Assembly (NCBI GenBank): GCA_030141605.1
Contig: JAQGDQ010000168.1
Span: 124,001-188,000 of the forward strand
Direction of reading: 5' to 3'
Source of the DNA: Tubiluchus corallicola
Lineage: Eukaryota > Animalia > Priapulida
Length of the DNA stretch: 64,000 nucleotides
A program made the position numbers and the translations under genes. The notes under the pieces were generated by a model that was not told the origin of the DNA, did not search any database, and was given only the letters and a program-made list of their open reading frames with translations. Positions 28,430 through 40,201 of the stretch are shown piece after piece (position 1 is the stretch's first letter; the number at the start of each line of letters is the position of its first letter).

Positions 28430-30210
28430 TTTCTAGACAAGGTTAGGTTGGACAACAAGTCTCTTTCGTAAACAATACGACAATTAATGTCTAATCAGAA
28501 GATAAACTGATGGCGCTTTTTTTATACACAAAAATTCGTAGAGTAGCAGTTATTTTTACATGAAATTAAAATTAAGTAGCCAAAAACGGCTCCATGTTTA
28601 AGTAGAATGTAGCGACAAAGTTTAAGTATAAAGTTTCAAAGAAATACAAAATGCATAGACATGCTCGAGTGCCATATCGGGGTCGTTATTGTAAAGGAAT
28701 TAAGCCAGGAAGCCAACTTTAAGACAAATGGGCAAGAAAAATATTCGCTAAAGCCTCACTTGCCTTTGAACATACGAGCATATACCTGCGACGTATCTTT
28801 TCTACATTCAGCTGATCACGTAGTTGTCTGCAAGCTTTTATCCACTTTTTGCATCTTTCCAACTGTTTGTTAAGCCACCGAAGTGGAATAAATTTGACAT
28901 TGTCCGAGTTACATAAGCCTTACTATCATCTTTTAACCATGATTATAACCAGAAAAATTGCGTAAATTTAACTATTTCAGGATTCTAATATTACAATGAC
29001 ATAATATAAATTTTGACCACACTAGAAATAAGAAGACACTACGGAGATCTTCTTGAGGTTTATAAAATCTTGACTAGGAAAGGAAATATTTTGTGTTCGC
29101 TTAACACATACCGTAAAACGGGGTGAGTTCGCCACCCGAGGGTGAGTTCGCCACCCCTTACGTAATGGCCATTGTAGGTTTGCTGTAACTATTGTTCAGT
29201 GTTTAATGAACAGATATCATGATCACCGTCATTATAAACAGTTTGCGACAGTTATCTTCTTTTAATTCGCACTAGAAGTATTCCATTCTGCACTACATAT
29301 TATTTGTCTACTATTTCTTACTACTTAACATGCCACGCATCTGCACCCCTGTACCGGGTCATAGATACCAAAATTATACCCCTGAAACTCTGGAAGCTGC
29401 CCTACATGCCGTCAAGAATACCAACAGGACAATCAGCGCAGCGGCGAGGCAATTCGGAGTTCCAAGAAAGACCCTTTCTGACAAACTCTCAGGAAGTCAT
29501 CCGCAGAAGACTGGAGGTCAGCCAGTGTTCTCCGCCGCCGAGGAGCACGAAATCGCCAACACTCCAAGTGGCCGCTGAGGGGGGTTCCCAATGACTGCCA
29601 TCGATCTCCGACTACTGATTAAGAGTGTTATTGACGCGAAGGGAATCCAGGAAAGACGATTCAAGGCAAACACCCCTAGAATAGACTTTGTCAAATCATT
29701 CGCCCGAAGGAACAATCTGGTTTTCAGAGTGGCTGGCAACATCAAGGGCGCCCGCGATAAGATCAGTGCACAAGACGTTCAAGCCTTCCTTACCAACGTA
29801 GAAGTTTCTATTTGAAAACTAAAACTAGACATTTTTCATAATTTTTCATAGGGTGGCGAACTCACCCCCAACCAGTCAATCTCAACCAGTTAACTTCAGC
29901 TGCCTAGAATGGCATTAAACAGTGTTAAATTGTTAGTGGCGAATTCACCCCACGATAGTGTTTCATTCGAAAGGCAATATAAAGCTTGAACTAAGAAAAT
30001 CGGTTGGGTAATTCTCTTGCTATGGCAGGAAACGTAAAAAATACCCCTAAAAAGTGGCGAACTCACCCCGTTTTACGGTATATTACGGACAGCATATTAC
30101 GCCCGGCAATACACAGCTGCAGCTTATTTCCCGAAAAAATGTGACTCGTTGATTCTGGCCGCAGTTGTGTGGAAAATTACACACGCTGATGGACAGTCAG
30201 CAAAGATGGA
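28430..30210 (+). repeat. Old interspersed repeat, copy B, interrupted by the pogo-like element
   Basis: Homology to the reverse complement of 2330-3290 on both sides of the 29111-30078 insertion. Confidence 0.65.
29111..30078 (+). mobile_element. Complete non-autonomous pogo/Tigger-like DNA transposon, copy 2 (968 bp)
   Basis: Perfect TIRs CCGTAAAACGGGGTGAGTTCGCCAC ... GTGGCGAACTCACCCCGTTTTACGG, flanked by TA at both ends. Contains HTH_psq plus CENP-B-like HTH transposase N-terminus with a frameshift and lacks the DDE domain. Confidence 0.95.
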
Positions 30211-31116
30211 GAGAGCACGATCGACGTTCTGCTTGAAATTAATTATTACTGAGCTAGACTCAAGTAAAAAAACAACAGAAAGCAGAAGAAACCTTCAAGC
30301 CCAATTTGGATTTTTTTCAGAGATGCGTAAATAGGGTTGTTTCAAATATAGGCTAAGTTCTGTTTCTTATATCTACTGAAAGAATAACTAATACAGTTTT
30401 CCAGACTGAGGTATATGTAATAGTGCAAGACACATCCAGCCTCCATGCATCGAAATAGCGGAAAACATTTTGTGAAATGTATAAAATGAAAAAGTTTTTA
30501 AATTGAGAACATACATTTGCATATATGAGGGTGCGAGGTTAGTTTCGACAGACAAAATTTGTATAATGATTATTATGTTTTGCTGAAATCAATAACTAAT
30601 ATTTTTGCAATTTTCCGGAGATGTGAAAGAGTATGAGAACTGTCCTCGAAACTTTGGCCTCTCTGCCGAGGTGAATAGAAATCAAAACTATTCCCTTATG
30701 TAATGAAAAACAATTGAAATACAACTAATTTGTCACTTTATGTACTGGCGAGAACAAGAATAAATTTTGCACAGTGTTTTCGGCACAATGTCGAGAAAAA
30801 GACTAAAATCTGCTATCATGTCGAAAAGTTGAATTTAGTTTTTGGCTCGTTTGTTTGCTTTCTACTCAGATAAGAAGGGAGAGGCGTTATATCAAACCAA
30901 ATGTACATAAATGTAGTCCTCGAAAAGGTTTATTATTAATATCTGTTGTCCAATTTGGTGATTCCTGCATATAGTGAATGAAACGAATATACAATAAATT
31001 AAAACATCATGATCCTACAGTTGTTTACATGAGGCAGATACTCTCTTTGCTACTCGAAAACGTATTTCCGACATGTACCTTGTTTTGAAATTGTGCCTTG
31101 AAATACTGCTTTCGTG

Positions 31117-34100
31117 CTACATCCTTGTCATAATAAGATTACTCCTTGATGAAGCAAACTTGTGCTTTGCGATCGGCATGTTGCTTGTAGTGCTCGTAGA
31201 GCCAGTTGCATCAGAACTGCCTCTAATCAGTCTCATCCTGCAAAATCCTGAACAGCAGACCTCCGTTATACCGCGCCGAAAATCGCGGCTAGCCATACTG
31301 TACGCGTAAAAATTCGCGGCATAATTTGTAAGTTCGATAAGATTTGCCGTGTGCACGAAAGCATACAGAGAGAAATTAGTCGCATACTCTTCAAAGTAAA
31401 CCCTGATTAGTACGGTGATAATTGCTGCGGGCACGTTACAGACGATAAACACGATTGAGATTGACATTAGCAAGAGCAACAACTTAAAACTTTCTTCGTT
31501 TTCTTCACTTGTTTTCCCACTCCCACAGTTGTGGAAGTTAACTAGTTTCCGCCTTCTTACCAAAGCCTTTCTGTGCTTACGAAGTATCAAAACATTGAGC
31601 GTTAAAATGACGATAATAGGTAGGAATCTTGATACAATTTCTTTGCTTATTGGCCATATCGTTTTGTAGAATGGCAAATCGTGAATACGGGCCTTCCACT
31701 TCCAACCGTATAGAAACCTGAAAGATATAATTCTTTATGATTTTATGTACTTTCGTGAAATTTCAATATGGTTTATAATTGTGATTTGTGATAATTCAAC
31801 TGTATAATGTAAAATCTAGAGCATTATTCGCGTCTTTTTTTGCACATTTCGTATCCGTGTGTTATTTGCGCAGTATGTAAGATCAAATTTAAATGACATG
31901 TTGAGGTCTCTGCAATACACGTTAGAATAACTTCCCCACTGGACCCATACCACGTGCCTCCTATGTGACTATGCTCTGCTGACTATGACAATGGTCTTTT
32001 ATGACTGTGATGCATCATCCATTGATTTCTTCAGTTTTCATAACTATTAATCATCATCACCATCCTCCTCTTCATCGTCATTCATCTTCGTCTGCATCAT
32101 CATCATCATAATCGTTGTAATAGGCATCGTCATCGTCATGCTCAAAACTAATCTTTATTCAATGACAATCCAATGTAACGATGACATTGCTACCATTGTC
32201 ATTAGCTAGCACCATTACTAACATCAACCTTATTGTCGTACGCCTATTATAGTCATTATAATTATGAACTAGCTAGAGCATTATACAAAGTACCAACAGC
32301 AGGAGAAGTATTTAATAAATATAGGCCTATAAAATTCAGCACCACAGGGCTTCAGCAAAATTAGTTTAGCAATCATGCTTCCCAGCAGCTTCCTGATTAC
32401 TATTTAGGGAGCAACAATTATTATGTGTCTATTATAACTGATATAGTGTTTGCTAATTTACTGAAGGGAAATAAAGTGTCAGCTGCACGGCTGTAAATTG
32501 ATGATAAATTGTCATTTTGGCCAATTCTGGGCTTACCTGAACGGTAGAAAAGAAATAGCTTATCAAAACAAAATTAATGTGACACACGCAATATATCTAA
32601 TAATATCTGTCTCTAGCGATGCGAGCAATCTAATATGCATTATAGTGTAAAATGCCATATATGCATTATAGTATAGTAGATAACGAGGCTGAATAATAAA
32701 TATGCAAGTTACAGATCGGCCAGCGGCACTAAGCCACGCCTCCCTGTTTATCCTCACAAACCCTTGTTGGCTGACGACTGCTGTCACATAGGCCTACTAT
32801 AGGTAAACCATAATGGAAACGAGAGGACGTTTTCTAACGATTTGTCACTTAATCCAGAAATTTACCCCTGTTATACTTAACTGGTTACAAGAAATAAGAG
32901 TTATCCCAGGAAGTTTACCACTGTTATACTTACCTGGTTACAAGAAATAAGTGTATTTACTAATTTCGTTCAAGAACATGTGCGTGATTTCAAGGTTTTA
33001 TATGAAAGATGAAAGGTTGTTACCTGAGGACCAGAATGCTAGTCCTCACTAAAAAGTTTGCTGCCGCACGAACTTGTTGTAAAAATAAAATTATAGATAT
33101 TTTTACTTACATTTGAAACAAAATTGTTTTCCAGTGTTGTTGGTATCAAAGTGCAGTATGAAAATTAAAACTTTATTATGCAAATTGGATCCTTCAAGGA
33201 AATTTTGCTTCATGGTAAAACAAATCTGAACATTAGCTACTGAGAAGGTTGTTTTAGATTTATTTATATTTATATTTATTTATAGGTACAAAATACATGT
33301 AAAACGGCTTAGGCATGACCAATTTAAAAGACTTCTGTAAGCAGTAACATTCGATTTTATACAACCTAAGCTGCACATGCAATTAAACATTGTGAATATA
33401 ATTTTTAAAAACGCCTACTAACTATCAACTTACTTTAATACTATTTTGTTCTGTACAGCAGTATCTGACAACCTCATGCTGTGCATGTATAGCGCTGAAG
33501 TTAGTATGCTATTATATTCCTATGTTATATTACAACGTGAAGTTTCAAATTTGAAAAAAATCGAATTCTATTACTACTACTACCTTGGAAAGACAGCATG
33601 GTTTTATTAATTTTGGAGGATTTAGTTTTTGTTGAGGTCTTCCGCTTGTTTGATCCATAGGCAATATTTGTTCGTCCTTTTTATCTACGTAAAACTAATC
33701 TAATGATTCGTAGTATGTTTGATATTTTAAGCATATTCTGCACACGCATTTACCAGTGCTGTTTGTGAGTAAACTTTTGGAGTAGCTAGCCAGTTAAAGC
33801 GCCTGATTGTGAGGCGAAAACCGCTGTTGATCGACGGTTCGCGACTTTCTGTTCTGCTGACCAGAGACAAATTATTGCGAATCTCGATACTCAATAGATT
33901 CGTTCCAAAATTGTCTTCTCAGTGATGTGTAACTGTGTTATTGATGGTTTTTGGAAATGCGTATTAAAAGTGTCTTCAATTTTCAAATTATTCTTTTGCA
34001 CACTATTAAAGTAGATCAAGCATGCTACCTACTTTTTATGGGTATAGCGTCTCACAAACAGCAACAGCGAATAAGCAAAAAATTAGCAACAAATCTCAGG

Positions 34101-34759
34101 AGCACTCACAAATTCCAATAATTGTAGAAGCAGGTAAAATTATTTAATGCAACGTAAAAATAACTACTGTGCTACTAAATGGCTTGTACTCACTTGTTTG
34201 GCCCAATTTGGCTATGAATTCGAACTCGCGTTTCGTACGTGTGAGGTATATTCAAGAAGAAGGAAGAAAGAGTGGCACAGACGGCGGCTATTCTCATAAA
34301 TTTTTTCGTATGAACAAAACCAAATTTTAGCGAATGGCAAACGGCTAAGTACCGATCTATAGTCAGCAAGGTGACGACGATATTACTAGCACATGACATA
34401 GATTTTGTTAAGAAAAAGCTCAAATGCGTGTAATACCACATTGACGAATAGGTGCGAGTCAGAAACCGCCCACGAATCAGAATGTAACCTACGTAAAACG
34501 CTATTACGAAGAAATCTAGACACGCCAACCACCTGATGTACTCGTAAGATGGCTTTCGCAGCCGCTTTGTCGCAAAAAGCACACGAATGTTGAAAGAGTT
34601 TCCAACGAACCCAAGCAGCAGTACGATGGGAAAGCCTATTTTATACACTGCCAGAGTAATTAGGGCTTTCTGCTCTTTTGTGAATATGTGTGGCGTAGAT
34701 TCGTCGGAAGAAATGTTATAAGAATAATCACAATCCGCTGTAATAGAACAGTTTGCCAT
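31117..34759 (-). CDS. Rhodopsin-class 7TM GPCR (FMRFamide/peptide-receptor-like), ~388 aa
   Basis: Exon 1 34759-34194 and exon 2 31717-31117 join in frame (PNK|FLYGW). Motifs GFVGN (TM1), LACLD (TM2), TIDRYLAVCH, CNVP (TM6), NYAANFYAY (TM7), SRDFR (helix 8). N-terminal N-glycosylation sequons. Confidence 0.92.
32040..32140. repeat. Imperfect (CAT)n/(CTT)n low-complexity tract
   Basis: Directly visible in the GPCR intron. Confidence 0.8.
32853..32952. repeat. Two-copy ~52 bp tandem duplication
   Basis: TTTACC.CTGTTATACTTA.CTGGTTACAAGAAATAAG occurs twice in succession. Confidence 0.85.
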
Positions 34760-36179
34760 ACTGCTGGTTTAGTTTGGCTGCATGAAATGCTAAGTGCTCA
34801 TGGTATTTTCCTTTCAAGTATGTGTCCAAGTGTCATGGCATTAACAGAGCACATTGTAGTATAAAGCTACTTTGATTATGTTCTGCTCTAAAGAGAATTT
34901 CAAAAGGTATGTAAAATCCTCAGTTTCGAATGTTCCCATGTATTATTTAATGATTGCAACTTTGAAAATCTTATTAAGGCAAACTGGAAAACATAATTAA
35001 GTTCTAAACAACTAGAACAACTGGTGAGCAAAAGCCCGTTGTAGTAATGCGTGTAATAATAAAAATGTAGTACTTTTGTCTCTGCGTGTCTATAATGTTA
35101 CGATTTTTATGTTTTTGCCACGCCGCGGTTAAACTTTTGGACACTTTGCAAAAGTTTTTGCATGAAAGTTAAAAATCAAGCATCTGAAAAATAATTAAGT
35201 CTTTCCTAAAAGGACGTTTTAACAGTTTAGTTGCAAGTGATATTAAAACGCATTTAGAAATTTTCAAAGATTTTATAAAATAACGCTAGAAATCGCTTTA
35301 AAAACATCAAAAGTGATTTCCACAAGTCATAACGAATTTCACAATAGAGAAATCTCAAACCGTTTTTAAATGGCTTTTATGACTTATTAAAGTATTAGTA
35401 TCAATTTTTAACGCGATTCTTTTTGCAAACAATTGAACTTTGCTAGATTCTCGTATTGCACATATCCACTACTCTGTAGGCAAGACGTTCTTACTCTTTG
35501 TGCCTTTTAACGCACCTATCTCTAGCAATTTACGCAGGTGACACCTGATATTAGTTTATTCACTTAGCCAAACATATAGGCATTCCTATAATGAATCCTG
35601 CCTAATTTCTATTGATTAATGTACAACATTTTACGCATATGTAATGCGCAGTATGTACACTTGCAAGAGTTGTTCAATAACGCTTTTTTGTGGCTGGCAT
35701 TATTAGTATATCGCAACCTGTTTGTATAGTTATGACGAGTGTCAATAGACTGTATTATTTGTCTTGCATGAATCGCAATTATGTTGTTTTCGACTGCAAC
35801 TGTTTACCGATACTAGTAGCTATGGAAGTGAATACCATTACTCACTGATAATAATAAATGCTTGTTCACAAAGACTTAAAACAGCGATGAAAAACAAGGT
35901 CTAAATAACAATTTTGAAAAAAAATGAGTTATGGATTTTATGGGCATCTACCATGTCTATACTGTTGGAAAAGTAGCAAGTTTTGTTTTTGGAAAAGCAA
36001 AAAAGGCACCACTTACACTTAAAAATCTATAATAATGTTTAACACACAAACAAGGTGGTGCATTGACTGTTCAAGTTAAGCTTTCTTAAAACAGCACTTA
36101 CATAGAATGCTGTTATTCTCAGTTTACGAAGCATTTTCACGATTGTGCATATCTTATCCATGCTGCAAGTTGTTGGAAC

Positions 36180-36410
36180 TGATAATGTAATAAACGCCCG
36201 ACTTTATAATACCAAAAAAATCAACGCATAATGCAATAAGGAACTGACAATGTAATAAAATTAACTGATAATGTAATAAAAAAATTAACGCATAATGTAA
36301 GACCCGCAAAATGCATAATGTAATAGCCTGAAGTTTAGCGCATATTGTAATATCAGAGAAACGCACAATGCAATAACAAAAATTCTTACTCCTAATGTAA
36401 TAGCTAAAAT
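36180..36410. repeat. Degenerate minisatellite with (GC)ATAATGTAATA core
   Basis: Repeated ATAATGTAATA / ATAATGCAATA / ACAATGTAATA motifs at irregular ~20-30 bp spacing. Confidence 0.7.
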
Positions 36411-36419
36411 AACACCAAC

Positions 36420-37280
36420 TAGAATATATAAACTATGTACTTTTAACTTGCTTACTTTGTATAAGGCATTTGTTAGACCCATTATAGAATATGGTGTTGT
36501 AATTTGGTCAAATTGCTCGACGGCAAACTTCATTAGAATTGAAAGAGTGCAATATCGAACTATGTTGCTAATGTCTGGGGCGATGAAGGGTCAAGCTAAC
36601 ATAATCTTAACTCAGTGCTCGGTTTGCCACCATTCAAAATGAGGAGTGAACTTCAAATCGTTCGAATAATCCAAAAAATATATTATAATCAAGCCCCTCA
36701 ATACTAGATTGAAATAGTAAATGAGTTTCGTCCCCACAACCACTATGCTCTCTACGTGACCCATTTTAAGGCCTACGTGCCAGTTGTATAATAGTTTTTT
36801 CCAGAAAGGTGTCCGCCTATGGAATACTAACCAATTAAAAACAGACAGGCTTTCCTTTCTCCACGTGCCTTTAAAAGTAGATTGTTGAATCTATGGGGAG
36901 TTCGTACTAAATCAGTATGCCCCTATTATAATGGTGATCGAAGTAATGAGATCTCAATAAATAGATTCATTGCCAATTTTTCGCAATTGAAATGAGATTT
37001 GTTTTCCAGGAATATTGTCAATGACCTTTCATGTAGCTGCAACAATTCGACTGAAAGCCCCCGCCATTATTTTTTCGAGTGCGCACACTATGACATAAAC
37101 AGAACATCATTATTCGATCAGCTCTGTTACCATCGGCACATAACTCAAGAATTACAAGCCAACCCTAGACCTGCTATTATATACAACGACATTTTTCCTA
37201 AACTCAGATTAGGTCATCCTTCCAGTGGCATTCTCTTCAAATTGTTGCAGAACTACCTAAAGGCCACTAAACTTTTGTTA
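36420..37280 (+). mobile_element. CR1/L2-like LINE 3' part (degraded)
   Basis: LLTLYKAFVRPIIEYGVVIWSN..IERVQYR and C-terminal CSC..ESPRHYFFECAHY. Stops and frameshifts. Confidence 0.8.
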
Positions 37281-37628
37281 ACTGATTGTACGTATAATTG
37301 TATTTTAAGTTATTATGTAGACTTGCTTTCAATCAAGTACTCATTAATAAACAACTTATGCTAGAATCAACTATATGTTCTGCTGTAATAACCGTAATAC
37401 TACACTAACTGTATTAATTTCACATGTGTTGGATTTCTGAATTAAGTCTCAACATTGTACATTACAATGTACAACTTATAATTTGTATGGGCTTATAGGC
37501 TTATGTACATCGAGAATCATTTCTGTTATCGTATCTATTTATGGGTTTTGTAAATTTTAATTAAGTATTAACTAATGAACTAGTCGTATTTTTGGATCAA
37601 CTATTTTGAGTTATTACATACTCGAACT

Positions 37629-37819
37629 AACTAATTGTATATTTCATCTGTACATAGTGGAAATAGTATGATCAGCAATAGTTACTGTGTTGTAAATTCA
37701 CTCAAAATAAATAGTTTATGATGACAGTAGTTTATTTATTTTGAGTGGATTTACAACACAGTAACTATTACTAATCATACTATTTCCTCTATGTGCAGTG
37801 ATGAAATATACAATTAGTT
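37629..37819. repeat. Long inverted repeat (hairpin), ~84 bp arms with ~21 nt loop
   Basis: AACTAATTGTATATTTCATC...GTTACTGTGTTGTAAATTCACTCAAAATAAAT and its near-perfect reverse complement. Confidence 0.92.
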
Positions 37820-38340
37820 GTATATATATATAAAACATGTACATATGTATATATAATGTAATAGCTAGCAAAATTAATGTTACTTTGTACAATAGTCTTA
37901 TATAAGAAAATAATTTTGATTTTGTTTTGAAATATGAAAGTATTGCGAATTAGCTACTGGACTCACTGGCATCACAACCATCAAGCAGTAAAATGAATGG
38001 CACAAGAAAAAAATGGCACAAATGGAAAAGAAGCAAAAATGGCACATGTGTAAAACTAAAATTCACTCAGTAGGAAGCAGATCTCCGCCGAAGCCGAATA
38101 ATCATAGACAGATTTTTTTGATCGGAAAAACAAACAAAGATCATCCAAGCAATTCAAGACAATTTTTGCATTTGCGACTTTTGCGCATTCGAGTGAGATC
38201 AGGGTGCAACTTGAAATGTAGCGTTTCGTTGGGAATGTTCAAAATTTTATTTAATGTAGTGTTGGGCGCTTTCACAAATCTCTTTAGTGCAAGCAGCTGA
38301 TATTTATTGTTAAAACACCACAACTTTTTAAAAACTTCTA

Positions 38341-38408
38341 ATTTACAAAGTTAAAAATCATGTCAAATGTTTCGACAGACCTACTGCTGTCATCGTCAGT
38401 TGTAAATT
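38341..38408 (-). ncRNA. Hammerhead ribozyme-like motif (type I, PLE-associated; probably degenerate)
   Basis: Minus strand ATTTACAA-CTGACGA-T-GACAG(CAGTAGGT)CTGTC-GAAAC-ATTTGACATG..TTGTAAAT: CUGANGA/GAAA core with paired stem II. The cleavage triplet is imperfect. Confidence 0.6.
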
Positions 38409-39540
38409 CTTACAAACATGCAACCAGTTTATATATGCAGAGCCTACAATTTTTTTAGTGCATAAAACATTACGCACTAATTGTGTTTAGCAGAAGCCAA
38501 ATAGGTAATGAATAAGCAGACCAGTAGAAAAGAAATTGATATAGTAAATTATACACTATGTACATACAAAAAGCCAAATAGGTAATAGGCTTACCACTAG
38601 AACACGTTTGCTGGTCTGATGCTGATTTTGAATCTTTCACTTGCAAACAGTTCAAAATTAATGTAATCTTATTCAAACTCTACTAAACAGAGAATTTTGT
38701 ATTTCATCAACCTATCACAAATTTCATGAAGAAGTCAATACTATAAAAAAAATTTAATTTCTAACGTGAATAATTGATTTACCATCAAAAATATCTTGAT
38801 AAAGTCTTTTCCAAAAAAAATCGTCATACAGTCGGTTTCCAAAAAATAGTGTATCTACGCGTACAGTTTATTGGGTCTCAGTCTTTGCAAATTCAACTAC
38901 GCATTGTGTTCAAATCTGGCAATAATTTAGGCTCTTTCTTTCCATTTAAAGACAAAATACCCACATTACTATAGTTTGATATTATTTATAGATTTCAGTG
39001 CAGCAGCTGCAATGCTGTTTACCATGGCAAAACATCCGGACACTTTAAAATAAGAATATGTGAACTTTCGGGCATTTCGTCTAGAACTGGCAAGAAATTA
39101 AAAAAAATTCTCCTCATTTCAGCATTAATGACCATGTTTGTGCCTCTGGCCACAAAGCCGATTTTAATGATTTCAGCATTGTGACCAGAGCTACAAATAA
39201 CTGGGGCTTATTAATAAAAGGAAGTTATCTATCTATCCATCCCAATAAGCCTTCTCCTAATGCGCAAAGTAGTTCAATTCCGTTAACTTTATTTTCACAC
39301 ACTTAGCTATCAGTTTCTGTATCCACTGCTTTTCCACATGTCTGCGTATGCATTACTTATTTGACTTCCTTCTTACATGTAATTAGTACGTAATTTTCTC
39401 TACCGTAGGCTCTGCCTATATATAAACTGATTGTTTGTTTGCATGTTGTACCACTAATGGTGACAGCAGACTGCTGTCGGAACGTCTGGACATGTTTGTA
39501 AACAGCATTAAAATAAAGTTTTTTTTAAATGAAAGCTGTT
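38341..39540 (+). mobile_element. Penelope-like element remnant: GIY-YIG endonuclease 3' part with inverted terminal repeats carrying hammerhead motifs
   Basis: FPFKDKIP..IIYRFQCSSCNAVYHGKTSGHFKIRICE, INDHV, DFSIV, SIPLTLF. 38359-38447 is the inverted homologue of about 39405-39494. Confidence 0.8.
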
Positions 39541-40201
39541 TTAATAAATGCTTTGAAGTGCCTGTATAAATTGACTTAATTTTTTATTAATTTTATTATT
39601 ATACATTATGTGAAACGTGTCATAAATATTTACATTTGTTTTTTAATAATATATGAAATGTATGCCACCGTAATCCAATTACCTTCAATTCAAGATTTAT
39701 TGTTATTATTTCAAGCACTCTTTGGAATCAGATAGTAACTGAGGGAATGTGATTTATTGAACATAATGTGTTTGTGAAAACAGATTCTTGTCACGATGCT
39801 CAAAGTGAGAATATAAAACGGCTTGTTCGACATTTTAATGAGAACCTTAATGAGCGGTCACTTCTATAAAAGTTTGTTGCTTATGAGCTCAGCTGCAGAA
39901 TAAGTAAATTCAGTAGAGCAAAGTAGTTGTTTCCAACGATCGTAACACTAGCTTCTTTCCATAATTTTCGTCCTCACTTTATTCTTTTTTACCCATTTCA
40001 GTTTTCACGCTTATTTCAGTTTTCTGCATGTTTAATTTTTGTTTAATTTTATTTTTATCTGCTAGTAATTTGCATTAGGGCGAGTTTCTTTACCGTTTTT
40101 GTATAGTGTTCTTAGCTTTAGCCACGGGATCTAAGCGGATTCTGTGCGTTGGTGATGCGCCGAGGCGGATAGAACTCGGCTTGCAAGTAGTAGTAGATAA
40201 T

